64,000 nucleotides of DNA from an uncultured Acidobacteriota bacterium (GCA_963822445.1 CAWGHO010000003.1:96001-160000); one strand, 5' to 3'; positions 30,283 through 45,376 are shown, counted from the first letter of the stretch. Numbers and translations are program-made. The notes: generated by a model not told the origin, from the sequence alone.

Positions 30283-30771
30283 ATGAGCCGACCCGTCATT
30301 CGCACGCCGGGCGCGGACGAGCCGCGCACGCAACGCCGGGTGTACCTCTATCCCGGCAATCTGTGGGCCGAGGCGGCGCCTGCTGTGATCACGACCGTCC
30401 TTGGATCGTGCGTTTCGGTCTGCTTCTGGGATCCGCGCACGGCTCTCGGCGGCATCAATCACTTCATTCTCCCGCGCGGCGGAACGACAGTGTCGGCGCG
30501 CTACGGCAATCACGCGCTGACGATGCTGCTCAACCGCGTCCTCGGCCTCGGCGCGCAACGCGACACGCTGCTCGCGTACGTTTTCGGCGGAGCGTCCGTC
30601 CTCGCCGGCGCGGGACAGGGACCGGGGCTCGGAAGCCGCAATCTCGCGCATGCATTCGAGTTCCTTCAGGCCCATGACATCGCCGTGCTGCGCCAGGACA
30701 TCGGCGGCCGTGAAGGCCGCAAGCTCACCTTTCGCACGGTCGACGGCGAGACGCTCGTCAGGAAGCTGTAG
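30283..30771 (+). CDS. cheD: Chemoreceptor glutamine deamidase CheD
   Basis: TTVLGSCVSVC, GINHF, FGGA, GSRN, DIGG. Confidence 0.9.
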   Translation: MSRPVIRTPGADEPRTQRRVYLYPGNLWAEAAPAVITTVLGSCVSVCFWDPRTALGGINHFILPRGGTTVSARYGNHALTMLLNRVLGLGAQRDTLLAYVFGGASVLAGAGQGPGLGSRNLAHAFEFLQAHDIAVLRQDIGGREGRKLTFRTVDGETLVRKL

Positions 30772-30779
30772 GAGACGCC

Positions 30780-32411
30780 GTGCTCGATCACCAATCGATG
30801 GCCGCGTTGCTGGAAGCCTTTCTCGCCGAGTCCGATGAGGGCCTAGCGACGGCGGAAGAGGCGCTGCTCGTGCTCGAGCGGCGGCCCGAGGATGCCGAGG
30901 CGCTGGCGCTCGTGTTCCGGGCCGTGCACACGCTCAAGGGCAACTCGGGGATCTTCGAGTTCGAGCCGATGACCCAGGTCGCGCACGCGATGGAGGACCT
31001 CCTCGATCGCTTGCGCGACGGGCGGACCGTCGTTTCGAACGGAATCATCACTCTGCTCCTCGAATCGGTCGACGTGCTGCGAGGACTGCTGTCCGAGTCC
31101 GACCGCGGACGCGCTCTGAACGGACGCGAGCAGAAGCTCATCGAACACCTTCGCGAAGCGGTCGGATTGCAATCGGTTGGTCACGACCCCGCGCAGCCGT
31201 TCGCACATCACGCCTCGCGAACGCTGCGGATCGATCTGGCGAAACTCGATCGCCTGCTCGACCTGAGCGGCGAGATCGGCATCGCCCGCGGCCGCCTCGG
31301 GGAACTCCTCGACGATCCGCGCGTGCAGGTTCGCGCGGCACTCGAAGCACTGCGCGACGCCGAGCATCTCCATCTCGAGCTCCAGGAGCTGGTGATGAAA
31401 CTGCGGATGGTGCCGGTTGGTCCGACCTTCCGCCAGTTTCAGCGCATCGTCCGGGACACCGCGCGGACGCTCGGAAAAGAAGCCGAGCTGCGGATCGAAG
31501 GGACGGACGTCGAAGTGGACGTCACCGTCGTCGAGCACCTGCGCGATCCGCTCATGCACATGGTCCGCAACAGCGTCGGCCACGGCATCGAGTTGCCGGC
31601 GGCGCGGCTCGAGGCCGGGAAAGCGCCGGTGGGCACGCTCGTCCTTCGCAGCTATCGCGAGGCCGGTTCGATCGTCATCGAGCTCGCCGACGACGGCAGC
31701 GGCATCGACCGCGAGCGCGTTCTCGTCCGCGCCCGCGAGCGGGGGATCGAGACCGCGAACCTGTCCGACGGCGAGATCGAAGAGCTCATCTTTCATCCCG
31801 GCTTCTCCACCGCCGAGTCAGTGACCGAGCTCTCCGGTCGCGGTGTCGGCCTGGACGTCGTGCGCCGCAACATCGACGCGATTCACGGCTCGGTGCGCGT
31901 TGAGAGCAGGGCAGGGGAAGGGACGACGTTTCGCGTCCGCCTCCCGCTCACTCTGGCCATCGTCGACGGCCTCGGTGTCGAAGTCGACGGGGAATCGTTC
32001 GTGATTCCGATGGAAGCGGTCGTCGAGGCCTTGCGCTTCACGGCGCGCGGCGACGCCACGGGAGTGTTTCAGCATCGCGGCGAAATGATCCCGTTCGTTC
32101 GGCTGCGCCAGCGGCTCTTCCTCACCGGCGCCGGCTCCGCGCGCGAAAACGTCGTCATCGTCCGTTCCACGCGCGGTCTGGCCGGCCTCGTCGTCGACGA
32201 GCTCCTCGGCGAATGCCACACCGTCGTCAAGCCGCTGCCGAAGTCTCTGCGCGGCATCCCCGGTCTCTCCGGCTCCGCGATTCTGCCGAACGGCCGGATC
32301 GCTTTCATCGTCGATGTTCCCGGGCTGTTGCAGGTCGAGATCGACCTTCGCCGCTCTGCTTCCCGTCCGCAATCTCGCAGCACACAGGAGTGGTCATGTT
32401 CCGCAAATTGA
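30780..32411 (+). CDS. cheA: Chemotaxis histidine kinase CheA (no evident P2 domain)
   Basis: [37 protein letters not shown]-terminal CheW domain. Confidence 0.93.
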   Translation: MLDHQSMAALLEAFLAESDEGLATAEEALLVLERRPEDAEALALVFRAVHTLKGNSGIFEFEPMTQVAHAMEDLLDRLRDGRTVVSNGIITLLLESVDVLRGLLSESDRGRALNGREQKLIEHLREAVGLQSVGHDPAQPFAHHASRTLRIDLAKLDRLLDLSGEIGIARGRLGELLDDPRVQVRAALEALRDAEHLHLELQELVMKLRMVPVGPTFRQFQRIVRDTARTLGKEAELRIEGTDVEVDVTVVEHLRDPLMHMVRNSVGHGIELPAARLEAGKAPVGTLVLRSYREAGSIVIELADDGSGIDRERVLVRARERGIETANLSDGEIEELIFHPGFSTAESVTELSGRGVGLDVVRRNIDAIHGSVRVESRAGEGTTFRVRLPLTLAIVDGLGVEVDGESFVIPMEAVVEALRFTARGDATGVFQHRGEMIPFVRLRQRLFLTGAGSARENVVIVRSTRGLAGLVVDELLGECHTVVKPLPKSLRGIPGLSGSAILPNGRIAFIVDVPGLLQVEIDLRRSASRPQSRSTQEWSCSAN

Positions 32412-34231
32412 AGTTCGTTCACCGGGTTCTGATGATGCCGGCCATCGCCGCGCTGGCCCTCGTGCTGATCCTCGGCACAACCGTGTTTGCCGTCTCGCGC
32501 ACCGAGTCGTTCAGCACGATGATCGAGGTCGGCTACTTTCCCGCGACGGAGATGCATCACGATCTCCACGAGATCCTCACCTCGATCCAGCGCACGCTGC
32601 AGGACGCCGCAGCTGCGCACGACGCCACCGCCATCCAGGAAGCGGACGCGCTCAAGGTGCAGTTCCTCGAGCGTCTGCAGAAGGAGAGCGGCAATCCCGC
32701 CGTCGATGCCGTGGAGCTCGATCGCCTCCGCGGACTCCTCAACGACTACTACAGTCTCGGCCGCGGCATGACCCAGCGCCTGATCACCGGCGAGACCGGC
32801 GTCAGCTTCGCCGAATCGCTCGAGGAGATGCGCCGCCGCCACAACGACCTCGCCACCGCGCTCGACGCCAGCCGCACGAAAGGCAAGAGCAACATCCAGA
32901 AAGCGTTCAGCGAAGTCCGCGATCTCCATCGCGCCACGCAATGGCTCGTGGTGGTGATCAGCGTGACCTGTCTGCTGCTGCTCGCATTCGTCTCGGTGTT
33001 GCTGATCCGCAGCCTGACCCGCCCGCTGCATCGGGCCGTCGAAGTCGCAAATCAACTCGCCGCGGGCAATCTCGCGGCGGACATCGACGGCGCGAGCGAC
33101 GACGAGATCGGCAGGCTCCTGCAGTCGATGAAGCGCATGGTCGGCTACTTCCAGGAAATGGCCGGCGCCGCGGAACGCATCTCGCGCGGCGACATCAGCG
33201 CGACAGTCGCGCCGCGCTCGGAGAACGACACGCTCGGCCGCTCGTTCCGGGACATGGTCGTTTATCTCCAGGAGATGACCGGCATCGCCGATTCCATCGC
33301 CGCGGGTGATCTGACGTCCTCCATCAAGCCGAAGTCGAACGACGACACGCTCGCGCTCGCGCTGCGGAAGATGACCCGCAATCTCGCGCAGATGATCGGC
33401 GACATCCGCGCCGGCGTGGCCACGCTTTCCACGGCCTCGACGCAGGTCTCATCCACCGCTCAGAGTCTTTCCCGCGGCACGAGCAGCCAGAGCGCCTCGG
33501 TCGAGCAGGCCACGGCCAGCCTCGAGCAGATGACCGCATCGATCACCCAGAACGCTGCCAACAGCCAGGAGATGCGCGACATGGCCATCCAGGGCGCGCG
33601 CGACGCGGAGCTCAGCGGCCGCGCGGTCGGTGAAACGAAAGAAGCGATGGAAGCCATCGCTGAGAAGATCACCATCGTCGAAGACATCGCCTACCAGACC
33701 AACCTCCTCGCGCTGAACGCCGCCATCGAAGCAGCACGGGCCGGCGAACATGGCCGCGGCTTCGCCGTCGTCGCCAGCGAAGTGCGCAAGCTTGCCGAGC
33801 GCAGTCAGAGCGCGGCCAAGGAAATCGGCGGCCTGGCCGGATCGAGCGTACGCATTGCCGAGCGCTCCTCGACCTCGCTCAATCAGCTCGTTCCCTCGAT
33901 TCACAAGACCGCGGAGCTCGTGCAGGAAGTGTCCGCCGCGTCGAACGAGCAGTCGACCGGCGTCGCGCAGATCAACCAGGCCATGAGCCTGCTCGACCAG
34001 ATCACCCAGCAGAACGCGTCGGCCGCCGAAGAATTGTCCGCGACGGCCGAGGAGCTGGCCGGACAGGCTAAGACCCTCCGCCAGCGCATGGAGATCTTCA
34101 CCCTCGGCGCAAAACGCACCGCACCTGCTGAAGAGCCGGAAGCGCTCACCGACGAAGTGGACATTCCGACGTTCGGCGGCTATCGCCCCAACGCCGCGGA
34201 GCTCGCGCAGTTCGATTACGAGAGGTTCTGA
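32396..34231 (+). CDS. Methyl-accepting chemotaxis protein (2 TM, multiple HAMP)
   Basis: [37 protein letters not shown]. Confidence 0.95.
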   Translation: MFRKLKFVHRVLMMPAIAALALVLILGTTVFAVSRTESFSTMIEVGYFPATEMHHDLHEILTSIQRTLQDAAAAHDATAIQEADALKVQFLERLQKESGNPAVDAVELDRLRGLLNDYYSLGRGMTQRLITGETGVSFAESLEEMRRRHNDLATALDASRTKGKSNIQKAFSEVRDLHRATQWLVVVISVTCLLLLAFVSVLLIRSLTRPLHRAVEVANQLAAGNLAADIDGASDDEIGRLLQSMKRMVGYFQEMAGAAERISRGDISATVAPRSENDTLGRSFRDMVVYLQEMTGIADSIAAGDLTSSIKPKSNDDTLALALRKMTRNLAQMIGDIRAGVATLSTASTQVSSTAQSLSRGTSSQSASVEQATASLEQMTASITQNAANSQEMRDMAIQGARDAELSGRAVGETKEAMEAIAEKITIVEDIAYQTNLLALNAAIEAARAGEHGRGFAVVASEVRKLAERSQSAAKEIGGLAGSSVRIAERSSTSLNQLVPSIHKTAELVQEVSAASNEQSTGVAQINQAMSLLDQITQQNASAAEELSATAEELAGQAKTLRQRMEIFTLGAKRTAPAEEPEALTDEVDIPTFGGYRPNAAELAQFDYERF

Positions 34232-34734
34232 TGCCTGTCGAGCAATTGCTGACATTCCTCATCGGCGAGGACGAGTACGGGATCTCCATTCTCCGCGTTC
34301 GCGAGATCGCGGAGTACCGGTCGCTGACGCCCGTGCCGATGACGCAGACCTGGATGCGCGGGGTGATGAACCTGCGCGGCACAGTCGTCCCGGTGGTCGA
34401 CCTCGCCGCGCGCCTCGGCCTCGAGCCGACGCACATCTCCCGCCGCACGTGCCTCGTCATCGTCGAAATGAACATCGAAGGCGAAGAGGTGGTGATCGCG
34501 GTGATGGTCGACGGCGTCAGTCGTGTCGTCGATGTTCCGAGCGAGGACATTCAGGAACCGCCGCCGTTCGGTTTGAACGTCGACTTCGTTCCCGGCCTGG
34601 TGCGAGCGGACGACGCGATGATCATCCTCCTCGATCTCAAGGCCATCCTCGGAACCAGCGAGCTGCTAAACGCGGCCGAGCTTCTGCCCGCTCTTCGCGA
34701 ACATGTCGAGGAGAGTGGTGATGCACGTCAGTGA
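34231..34734 (+). CDS. cheW: CheW coupling protein
   Basis: GVMNLRGTVVPVVDL, VDGVSRV. Confidence 0.92.
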   Translation: MPVEQLLTFLIGEDEYGISILRVREIAEYRSLTPVPMTQTWMRGVMNLRGTVVPVVDLAARLGLEPTHISRRTCLVIVEMNIEGEEVVIAVMVDGVSRVVDVPSEDIQEPPPFGLNVDFVPGLVRADDAMIILLDLKAILGTSELLNAAELLPALREHVEESGDARQ

Positions 34735-35553
34735 GCTCGTGCCGATGTCCGATCGCGAGTTTCGCGGATTCCGCGAGCTCGTCTATCGCGAGTCGGGCAT
34801 TCACATCTCCGAGCACAAGCGCGAGCTGCTGACCGCGCGTCTCTCGCGCCGCATCCGCACGCTGGGCATGCTGCGCTTCGGCGAGTACCTGAACGTGGTC
34901 GAGCGCGAGCCGCAGGAGCGCGTGGAGATGCTCGATCGCATCGTCACGAACGAGACGAAGTTCTTCCGCGAGCCGAAGCAGTTCGAGTTTCTCGAGAGCG
35001 AAGTGCTTCCGCGCTGGCTCGCTGAAGCGGAGGCGCGCTCGCGGGCGCGGCGGGTGAGGGTGTGGAGCGCGGGCTGTTCGACGGGGCAGGAGCCGTACTC
35101 GATTGCCATGACCCTCCTCGCGCAACTCGAAGGCTGGGACATCGAAGTTCTGGCCACCGACATCTCCGGCCGCGCGTTGCGACAGGCCATGGCCGGCGTC
35201 TGGCCGATGGACAAAGCGAGCGAGATTCCGGAGAAGTACCTGAAGAACTACATGCTTCGCGGCGTGCGCTCGCAGGACGGACGGATGTCGGCGAGCGCGC
35301 AAACGCGCGCGGTGATCCGCTTCCAGCGTCTCAATCTCCACGATGAACTGCCGGAGCTGGGGGCGTTCGATCTGATTTTCTGCAGGAACGTGCTGATCTA
35401 CTTCGATCTGGCCTCGCGTACGCAAGCGGTCACGCGCATCCTTACGCGACTCGCGCCGGCCGGCTTTCTCTTCCTCGGCCATTCCGAGAGTCTGCTCAGC
35501 TCCGGCCTGCGTCTGCGGCCCGTCGCTCCGTCGGTCTACACGCGGATGGCGCG

Positions 35554-35557
<4 letters not shown>
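34721..35557 (+). CDS. cheR: CheR methyltransferase
   Basis: TNETKFFRE, WSAGCSTGQEPYS, ATDIS, FCRNVLIYF, GHSES. Confidence 0.95.
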
Positions 35558-39143
<3,586 letters not shown>

Positions 39144-39144
<1 letters not shown>

Positions 39145-40526
39145 TGGCGACCATCCTGATCGTCGATGACGAGGAAGTCGTTCTCAACGGCGTGCGCCGC
39201 ACCTTGCGCGCGAACGGGTTCGACGAAGTGCTGATGTGCGCCGACGCGCGTGACGTCGAATCGCTGCTCGACGCCGAGCCGATCGCGCTGGTGCTGCTCG
39301 ACCTGATGATGCCGCACATCGGCGGACGCGAGTTGCTGGAGCGCATCGCCGCTGCGCATCCCGAGGTGCCGGTGGTCGTGGTTACCGCGGAGCAGGACGT
39401 GCGCATCGCCGTCGACTGCATGAAAGTCGGCGCGTACGACTATCTCCTCAAGCCGGTCGGCGCGGACGAGTTGATGGCGACCGTACGCCGCGCGCTCGAG
39501 CATCGCGAGTTGAGGGATGAGAATGCGCGGCTCCGTTCCAAGCTTCTCGAACAGGAGCTCGAGCATCCCGATGTCTTCTCCGGGCTGATCACCATCGATC
39601 CTTCGATGCTTCGCCTCTTCGCGTATCTCGAGGTCATCGCCCGCGGCTCGCATCCGGCGCTGATCACCGGAGAGACCGGAACGGGCAAGGAGATGATCGC
39701 CCGCGCGTTGCACGATCTCAGCGGACGTCGCGGACCGTTCGTCGCTGTGAATGTGGCTGGACTCGACGACACGATGTTCTCCGACACGCTGTTCGGGCAC
39801 CGGCCCGGGGCATTCACGGGTGCGACCGGTACGCGCCGCGGCATGATCGAGAATGCCGGACGTGGGACGCTGTTCCTCGACGAGATCGGCGATCTCGCGG
39901 AAGCATCGCAGGTCAAGCTCCTGCGCGTTCTGCAGGAGCGCGAGTACTACACGCTCGGCGACGACGTGCCGAAGCGGCTCGAAGCGCGCGTGGTTGCGGC
40001 GACGCATCAGGATCCGTCGAAGCTGCGGCGCGATCTCTACTTCCGTCTGAAGTCGTACCACGTGCGCATCCCGCCGCTGCGCGACCGCCTCGGCGATCTG
40101 CCGCTGCTGATCAATCACGTCGCTCGCGAAGCCGCGCAGGACCTTGGTAAACAACCGCCGGTCGTGCCGGAGCGCGTCTACCGCGTGCTCGCGCATTACG
40201 ACTTCCCCGGAAACATCCGCGAGCTGCGGGCGATGGTGTTCGACGCGGTAGCGCGTCACACCAGCGGGACGTTGCCTGTCGATCCGTTCATCGAGGCGAT
40301 GGGCTCTCACGACGTGCAGGAAGACGACGTCGTGCGCGCCGACGTCACGCGCGGCGACATCATCGCCGAGCCGCAATGGCGGGAGATGGAGCGCACCAAT
40401 CTGCTCAACGCCCTGCGCCGCGCCAACTGGAAGATCTCCGGCCGCGGCGGCGCCGCCGAGCTCCTGAGCGTCAAACCCTCGACGCTCGAGTCGCGGATGA
40501 AAGCCTTCGCCATCGAAAAGCCGTAG
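39144..40526 (+). CDS. Sigma54-dependent response regulator (NtrC family)
   Basis: REC domain, GETGTGKE, GAFTGA, LFLDEIGD, PGNIREL, C-terminal HTH. Confidence 0.93.
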
Positions 40527-40615
40527 TGGAGTGCGGTGGCTCTGCCACCGCTTTCCCACGCGCCGGAGGCGCGCTCCGCGCGCGATGAAAGCGGCGGCAG
40601 AGCCGCCGCACTCCA
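40527..40615. repeat. REP-like palindromic element, copy 1 (intergenic)
   Basis: TGGAGTGCGG...GCTTT...AAAGC...CCGCACTCCA; closely related copy at 56494-56583. Confidence 0.85.
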
Positions 40616-40709
40616 AATCTCGCGAAAACCCCCGAAAAGTCGTGAGCGCGTCTCGACGTCAGATTTACCTAAGACTCTGTAAACGCAAGACTTGCAGCCC
40701 GTTCACGCA

Positions 40710-40724
40710 TGGCTCCCCGGTTGC
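40710..40724 (+). promoter_or_regulatory. Putative sigma54 promoter of the porin operon
   Basis: TGGCTC-CCCGG-TTGC (GG-N10-GC), suitably spaced from the GGAGG RBS and ATG 40751. Confidence 0.55.
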
Positions 40725-40750
40725 CCTAGTGGTCCCCCGGAGGAAATTGC

Positions 40751-41902
40751 ATGAATCACTTGAATCGGGTCCTGTGCTGTTTCGCGCTCGCCGCTCTCGC
40801 CGCATCACCAGCGTTTGCCCAGAGCTCGACCGGCACCCTCATCGACATCCATGGTTTCGGAGGCTGGGCCTACGGGAAGACCGATGGCCACAAGTACTCA
40901 CTGGGAACGGAGAGCGGCGAATACGACAACGCCGAGTTCGCGCTCAACGTCTCGTCCAAGCCCTTCGAGCAGCTCTCCGTCGTCGCGCAGATGCGCCTCG
41001 AGTCCGGCGCCGATGAAAAGGCGGCGGAGCTCGACTACGCGTTCGCCGAGTGGACGTTCAACGACGCCGCGCGCGTCCGCGTCGGTCGCGTCAAGCATCC
41101 GTTCGGCATCTACGGCGAGATCTTCGACGTCGGCACCGTCCGCCCGTTCTACAACCTGCCGCAGAGCATCTACGGCGCGAACGGCTTCACGGCGCGCGCA
41201 TACAACGGCGCGGGAATCACCGGCAACGTATCCGCCGGCCAGTGGGGCCTGCAGTACGACGTCTACGGCGGTCAGATCGAAGGCGACTTCGAAACGCCGG
41301 GCCTTCTGTCGACGTCATCGAAGTATTTCGCGGAGCCGTCCATCACCTTCGGCTATCGCGTCGAGAACGCATATGGCGGCCGCCTGAACATCACCACGCC
41401 GGTCGATGGACTGACCGTCGGCTCCTCGGCATACAGCGGCAAGGCATACACGGATCTGTCCGAGGTCGATGCTGCGCAGCGTGATGTGTACGCGGTGCAT
41501 GCCGAATACGCGCTGGAGCGCTTCGCCATCCGTAGCGAGTGGGGCCATCTCAAGAACGGCGACGACTTCAACGTCGACTCCGGATACATCGAGACCTCGT
41601 ATCGCCTCACCCAGCACTGGCAGATCGCCGCGCGCTGGGACCAGCTCGACGTCAGCCTGCCCGGCACGAACCTGTCGCGCCTCCCGAAGATCTTTCCGCA
41701 GCTCCTCGACCATCGCGAGACGGCCCTCGGCGTCAGCTATTGGTTCAGCCCGAACTTCGTCGTGCGCGGCAGCTATCAGCGCACCGACGGCAACCGCTTC
41801 GCCTTCCCGGAGACCAGCGACGAAGTGAAAGCGGCACTGGCGAGCGGCGTTCTCGATCGCGAGACGAACATGCTTCTGTTCGGCGCGCAGTTCAGCTTCT
41901 GA
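40751..41902 (+). CDS. Outer-membrane porin-like beta-barrel protein
   Basis: Signal peptide, alternating aromatic beta strands, VGRVKHPFG, C-terminal Phe (QFSF). Confidence 0.75.
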   Translation: MNHLNRVLCCFALAALAASPAFAQSSTGTLIDIHGFGGWAYGKTDGHKYSLGTESGEYDNAEFALNVSSKPFEQLSVVAQMRLESGADEKAAELDYAFAEWTFNDAARVRVGRVKHPFGIYGEIFDVGTVRPFYNLPQSIYGANGFTARAYNGAGITGNVSAGQWGLQYDVYGGQIEGDFETPGLLSTSSKYFAEPSITFGYRVENAYGGRLNITTPVDGLTVGSSAYSGKAYTDLSEVDAAQRDVYAVHAEYALERFAIRSEWGHLKNGDDFNVDSGYIETSYRLTQHWQIAARWDQLDVSLPGTNLSRLPKIFPQLLDHRETALGVSYWFSPNFVVRGSYQRTDGNRFAFPETSDEVKAALASGVLDRETNMLLFGAQFSF

Positions 41903-41906
41903 GGAG

Positions 41907-42347
41907 ATGACGATGAAGAGACGAATATTTGTCGCCGCCCTCGGACTGTTTCTGCTGTTCGCCGTCCATCGCGCCCACGCCGCCGGCGTGAAGGTCGTGG
42001 TCCATGCATCGAATCCCGTCGACTCGATCTCGAAGTCGAAGGTCGCCGATCTGTTCCTGAAGCGGGTCACGCGCTGGGACAACGGCCGCGCCGTGACTCC
42101 GGTCGATCAGTCGGAGAAAAGCACCGCCCGCACCGACTTCACGAAAGACCTGCTCGACAAGGAAGTGGTCTGGGTGAAGAGCTACTGGCAGAAGATGATC
42201 TTCTCCGGCCGCGGCACGCCGCCCGCCGAGCTGTCGTCCGACAAGGACGTGCTCGATCTCATCCGCACCAATGCTGACGCCATCGGCTACGTCGCTGAAT
42301 CCGCGACGATTCCAGCCGGCGTGAAAGTGCTCACGGTAGGCAAGTGA
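41907..42347 (+). CDS. Small periplasmic PstS-like substrate-binding-fold protein
   Basis: VVVHASNP...VADLFL...W...YWQKMIFSGRGTPP...AIGYV. Confidence 0.75.
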   Translation: MTMKRRIFVAALGLFLLFAVHRAHAAGVKVVVHASNPVDSISKSKVADLFLKRVTRWDNGRAVTPVDQSEKSTARTDFTKDLLDKEVVWVKSYWQKMIFSGRGTPPAELSSDKDVLDLIRTNADAIGYVAESATIPAGVKVLTVGK

Positions 42348-43957
42348 TGCCGGGTCTCGACGCGCAACTCGTAGCCGCGCTGCTCGACCGGACCGATTCG
42401 CTGGTCTGGTCGACGGACGCGGAGCTGAAGGTTCTGGCGATCCGCGGCGCCGCGCTGCGCACGTCGGGAATCGACGTCGGGCAACTGGTCGAGCGCACGG
42501 CGGCGGCACATCATGGCGCGCTCCGCGGTCAGACGGTCGATCTCGACTGCGAGATCGCGGACCGCGTCCATGAGGTGACCATCGCTCCGCTCCGCGATGA
42601 CGAAGGAACGATCACCGGCTGCATCGGCATCGCCCAGGACGCAACTTCGCGCCGCCGGGCGGAGCGGACGCTGGCCTGGCAGTCCTCGCACGATGCGTTG
42701 ACGCGGCTACCGAACCGCAACCTGCTGCGGGAAACGCTCGCGCAGGCGATCCGCGACGCGCGGCGCGGCGAACATGATCTGGCGCTGCTCGTCGTCGACA
42801 TCGACGGCATGCATTGCATCAACGACGCGGCGGGGCAGGAGGCCGGCGATGCCGTGCTCGCCGCCGCCGCGGCCCGGCTCGTGTCCGCCGCCGGCGTGGG
42901 CAGTTTCGTCGCCCGCCTCGGCGGCGACTCGTTCGCGGTGGTGAGCAAAGGCTGGCCGGTGCGCACCGCCGCTCTCATCGGCGACGCGATGGCCGTGCCG
43001 TTTCCCGTCGGCGCGGCGGAGGCCCTGGTCACGACGAGCATCGGCATCGCCAGATTTCCCGATCATGGCCAGTCGGCCGATCACCTGATGCGCGCGGCGG
43101 AAGTGGCATTGCGGCGTGCCGTCGAGCTGGGCGGCAACAGCCATCAACTTTCTTCGGCCGATCTCACCGTGGCCGCGGCGGAAAGGCTAGGAACGGAAAC
43201 GCACCTCCGCCGCGCGATGGAAAGAGGGGAGCTGTGCCTCGCGTATCAACCCCAGGTCAGCCTGCCCGATAAACGTCTGCTCGGTGTCGAGGCGCTGTTG
43301 CGCTGGAACCGCGACGGAGAACTGCTATCCGCCGCGTCGTTCATTCGCGCCGTGGAGGAGAGCCCGATCATCGTCGACCTCGGCGAATGGGTGATCAACG
43401 AAGCGTGCCGCCAGTTCCGCGCATGGCGCGACGCCGGCATCGCCCCGCCGCGCCTGGCCCTGAACATCGGCGCGCGCCATTTTCAACACCGCGGCTTTCT
43501 CGGCACGGTGCGCCGCGCGATCGAGCGCCACGGCATCGAACGGGACACGCTGGAGATCGAGATCACGGAGACCACGGCCATGCACCACGCCGAGGCCACG
43601 GCCACGCTGATCGACGAGCTGCGCGACCTCGGCGTGGAGATCACCATCGACGACTTCGGCACCGGCTACTCGTCGCTCGCGTATCTGAAGCGCTTCGCCA
43701 TCACCGGCGTGAAAATCGACCGCTCGTTCGTGCACGACCTGCCGTCGTCGCGCTCCGCCAGCGCGATCGTGAACGCCATCCTCGCCACCGCCCACGCCCT
43801 CGGCCTCCGCGTCGTCGCGGAAGGTGTCGAGGAGCTCGAGCAGGAGACCTTCCTCGTCGACGCGGGTTGTGATGAAGCGCAGGGGTATTGGTTCGGAAGG
43901 CCGATGAGCGCGGAGGCGATGGGGGAGGAGTTGCGGGGGATGAGGGTAGGAGCGTGA
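42344..43957 (+). CDS. PAS-like/GGDEF(degenerate)/EAL protein, probable c-di-GMP phosphodiesterase
   Basis: HDALTRLPNR, GGDSF, EALLRW, EITE, DDFGTGYSS, EGVE, QGY. Confidence 0.9.
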   Translation: MMPGLDAQLVAALLDRTDSLVWSTDAELKVLAIRGAALRTSGIDVGQLVERTAAAHHGALRGQTVDLDCEIADRVHEVTIAPLRDDEGTITGCIGIAQDATSRRRAERTLAWQSSHDALTRLPNRNLLRETLAQAIRDARRGEHDLALLVVDIDGMHCINDAAGQEAGDAVLAAAAARLVSAAGVGSFVARLGGDSFAVVSKGWPVRTAALIGDAMAVPFPVGAAEALVTTSIGIARFPDHGQSADHLMRAAEVALRRAVELGGNSHQLSSADLTVAAAERLGTETHLRRAMERGELCLAYQPQVSLPDKRLLGVEALLRWNRDGELLSAASFIRAVEESPIIVDLGEWVINEACRQFRAWRDAGIAPPRLALNIGARHFQHRGFLGTVRRAIERHGIERDTLEIEITETTAMHHAEATATLIDELRDLGVEITIDDFGTGYSSLAYLKRFAITGVKIDRSFVHDLPSSRSASAIVNAILATAHALGLRVVAEGVEELEQETFLVDAGCDEAQGYWFGRPMSAEAMGEELRGMRVGA

Positions 43958-44032
43958 CGTGGGACGGCCACCACTTCTACATTGTGGTGGACCGGTTTGC
44001 GCGAACTAGCTGTGCGGCTGGCGTAGAAGACG

Positions 44033-44413
44033 TTACCCGTCGATCGACCTGAAGAACGAAATCCCTGAGAGCCATTCGGCCGAGACCTTCGTCCCGTCAC
44101 TGAACTGAAACCGCTCGACGTTTCCTAGGTCGTTCGAGGTGACGGCGATCAGCTGAACGTTGCGAAGTCTGAAGCTGGCATAGGTGTAGGTCTTGCCGAG
44201 GCCGGAGCCCTCGGATTGACGTTGCGTTAGTACGGTGCGCGGCGGAGCGATGATCTCTCCCGACTTCAGCTTCACGCGATAGTGATCAGCTGAGTCGACG
44301 AGTTCGCCGCGGAACTGTAGCTCGACATCATAGGAACTGTTCAATGGCGGCAGTTGCGACTCCGCGAACGGCGCACGTAGGATTGAAATCGGCTCGAACT
44401 GTTCATCGCTCAT
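44033..44413 (-). CDS. Hypothetical protein
   Basis: 126-aa ORF overlapping the BRCT gene stop; lower GC. Confidence 0.5.
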   Translation of the reverse strand: MSDEQFEPISILRAPFAESQLPPLNSSYDVELQFRGELVDSADHYRVKLKSGEIIAPPRTVLTQRQSEGSGLGKTYTYASFRLRNVQLIAVTSNDLGNVERFQFSDGTKVSAEWLSGISFFRSIDG

Positions 44414-45092
44414 TTGACGGTCCTCTTGCGCTGCTCCCTGCGTTCAAGACAAGCAGTAGCGGATCGTTGCTGTTCAACTGGTCCACCCAATGTTCCTCTT
44501 CGACAACCGCGATCGGGAGGCCCCGCCGCTTCCACCGGACGATACTCTCGATCTTTCGTCCGAACGATGTGTGCGCCCAGTCGCGACTTCCTATTTGTCC
44601 GATAACAAGCACGTTAGTCTTCTGCGTCGCGCGCGGCAGGCATCGACCGCCAAGCCTACACACGGCGGCTTCGCAGTCCTTGCGAGTGCCGTACACAAAC
44701 TCGCCAGTAAATACGTACGTTTGGTCCTGAAAGATCAGCGGTTGCGGCGGTCGGTCGATCGGAAGTTCCGTCGTTGGATTCGTCTCAGGTCGTACTTGCT
44801 CACCGACGGTCGACGCCAGCAGGGCGCGGAGCTGCTGGCGCTCTTCGTCATCGACTTTGCCGTCGTCGAGGATCTTCTTCAACCGACGCGAAAGAACGTA
44901 GCCAGGCCACACTTTTAGGGCGTCAGGATTCGCGGCGAACCAGTCGGTCAGCGCCATCGCTTCGCGCTCCGATACCTCGCCATCGATCAAGACCCCCTTC
45001 ACAAGGCCAAGCATCTCGTTGATCGCGCGGTCTGTGCGAAGCCGTTCCTGAACTCGCGGGTCGAGCGGTTGAGCGTGATCATTGAGAATCAT
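44403..45092 (-). CDS. BRCT domain-containing protein
   Basis: YVFTGEFVYGTRKDC...LGG...LVIG...WAHTSFGRKIE...EEHW; helical N-terminal domain. Confidence 0.8.
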   Translation of the reverse strand: MILNDHAQPLDPRVQERLRTDRAINEMLGLVKGVLIDGEVSEREAMALTDWFAANPDALKVWPGYVLSRRLKKILDDGKVDDEERQQLRALLASTVGEQVRPETNPTTELPIDRPPQPLIFQDQTYVFTGEFVYGTRKDCEAAVCRLGGRCLPRATQKTNVLVIGQIGSRDWAHTSFGRKIESIVRWKRRGLPIAVVEEEHWVDQLNSNDPLLLVLNAGSSARGPSNER

Positions 45093-45185
45093 CGAGGTCT
45101 CCCGATTACCTACGGCTCCCTCAGCACCTCAAGAATGCGAGGTTGATCGACACCGATTGGCTGTCAGAGTTGCTGTCAAAACAGA

Positions 45186-45209
45186 ACGGCGCGGACGATG
45201 CCGCGCCGT
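45186..45209 (-). terminator. Probable intrinsic terminator of tRNA-Ala
   Basis: ACGGCGCGG/CCGCGCCGT hairpin followed on the minus strand by TCTGTTTT. Confidence 0.55.
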
Positions 45210-45225
45210 AAGTGATTGATCTAAT

Positions 45226-45302
45226 TGGTGGAGCCGATGAGGATCGAACTCACGACCTCCTGAATGCCATTCAGGCGCTCTCCCAAACTGAGCTACGGCC
45301 CC
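45226..45302 (-). tRNA. tRNA-Ala (GGC)
   Basis: GGGGCCGTAGCTCAG...CCTGA-ATGGCAT-TCAGG...TTCGATC...CGGCTCCACCA; G3:U70 pair; 77 nt. Confidence 0.96.
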
Positions 45303-45376
45303 ACGGAGTTCCCGGTCACTAACGCTCCGAAGTCACCAAAATTCCAGCCCCGGAGCGGCGCGCATTCTACGCTACG

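Noticed and set aside
42344-43200. Active diguanylate cyclase
   Set aside because: The signature is GGDSF rather than GG(D/E)EF; the EAL motifs are intact, so phosphodiesterase activity is more likely.
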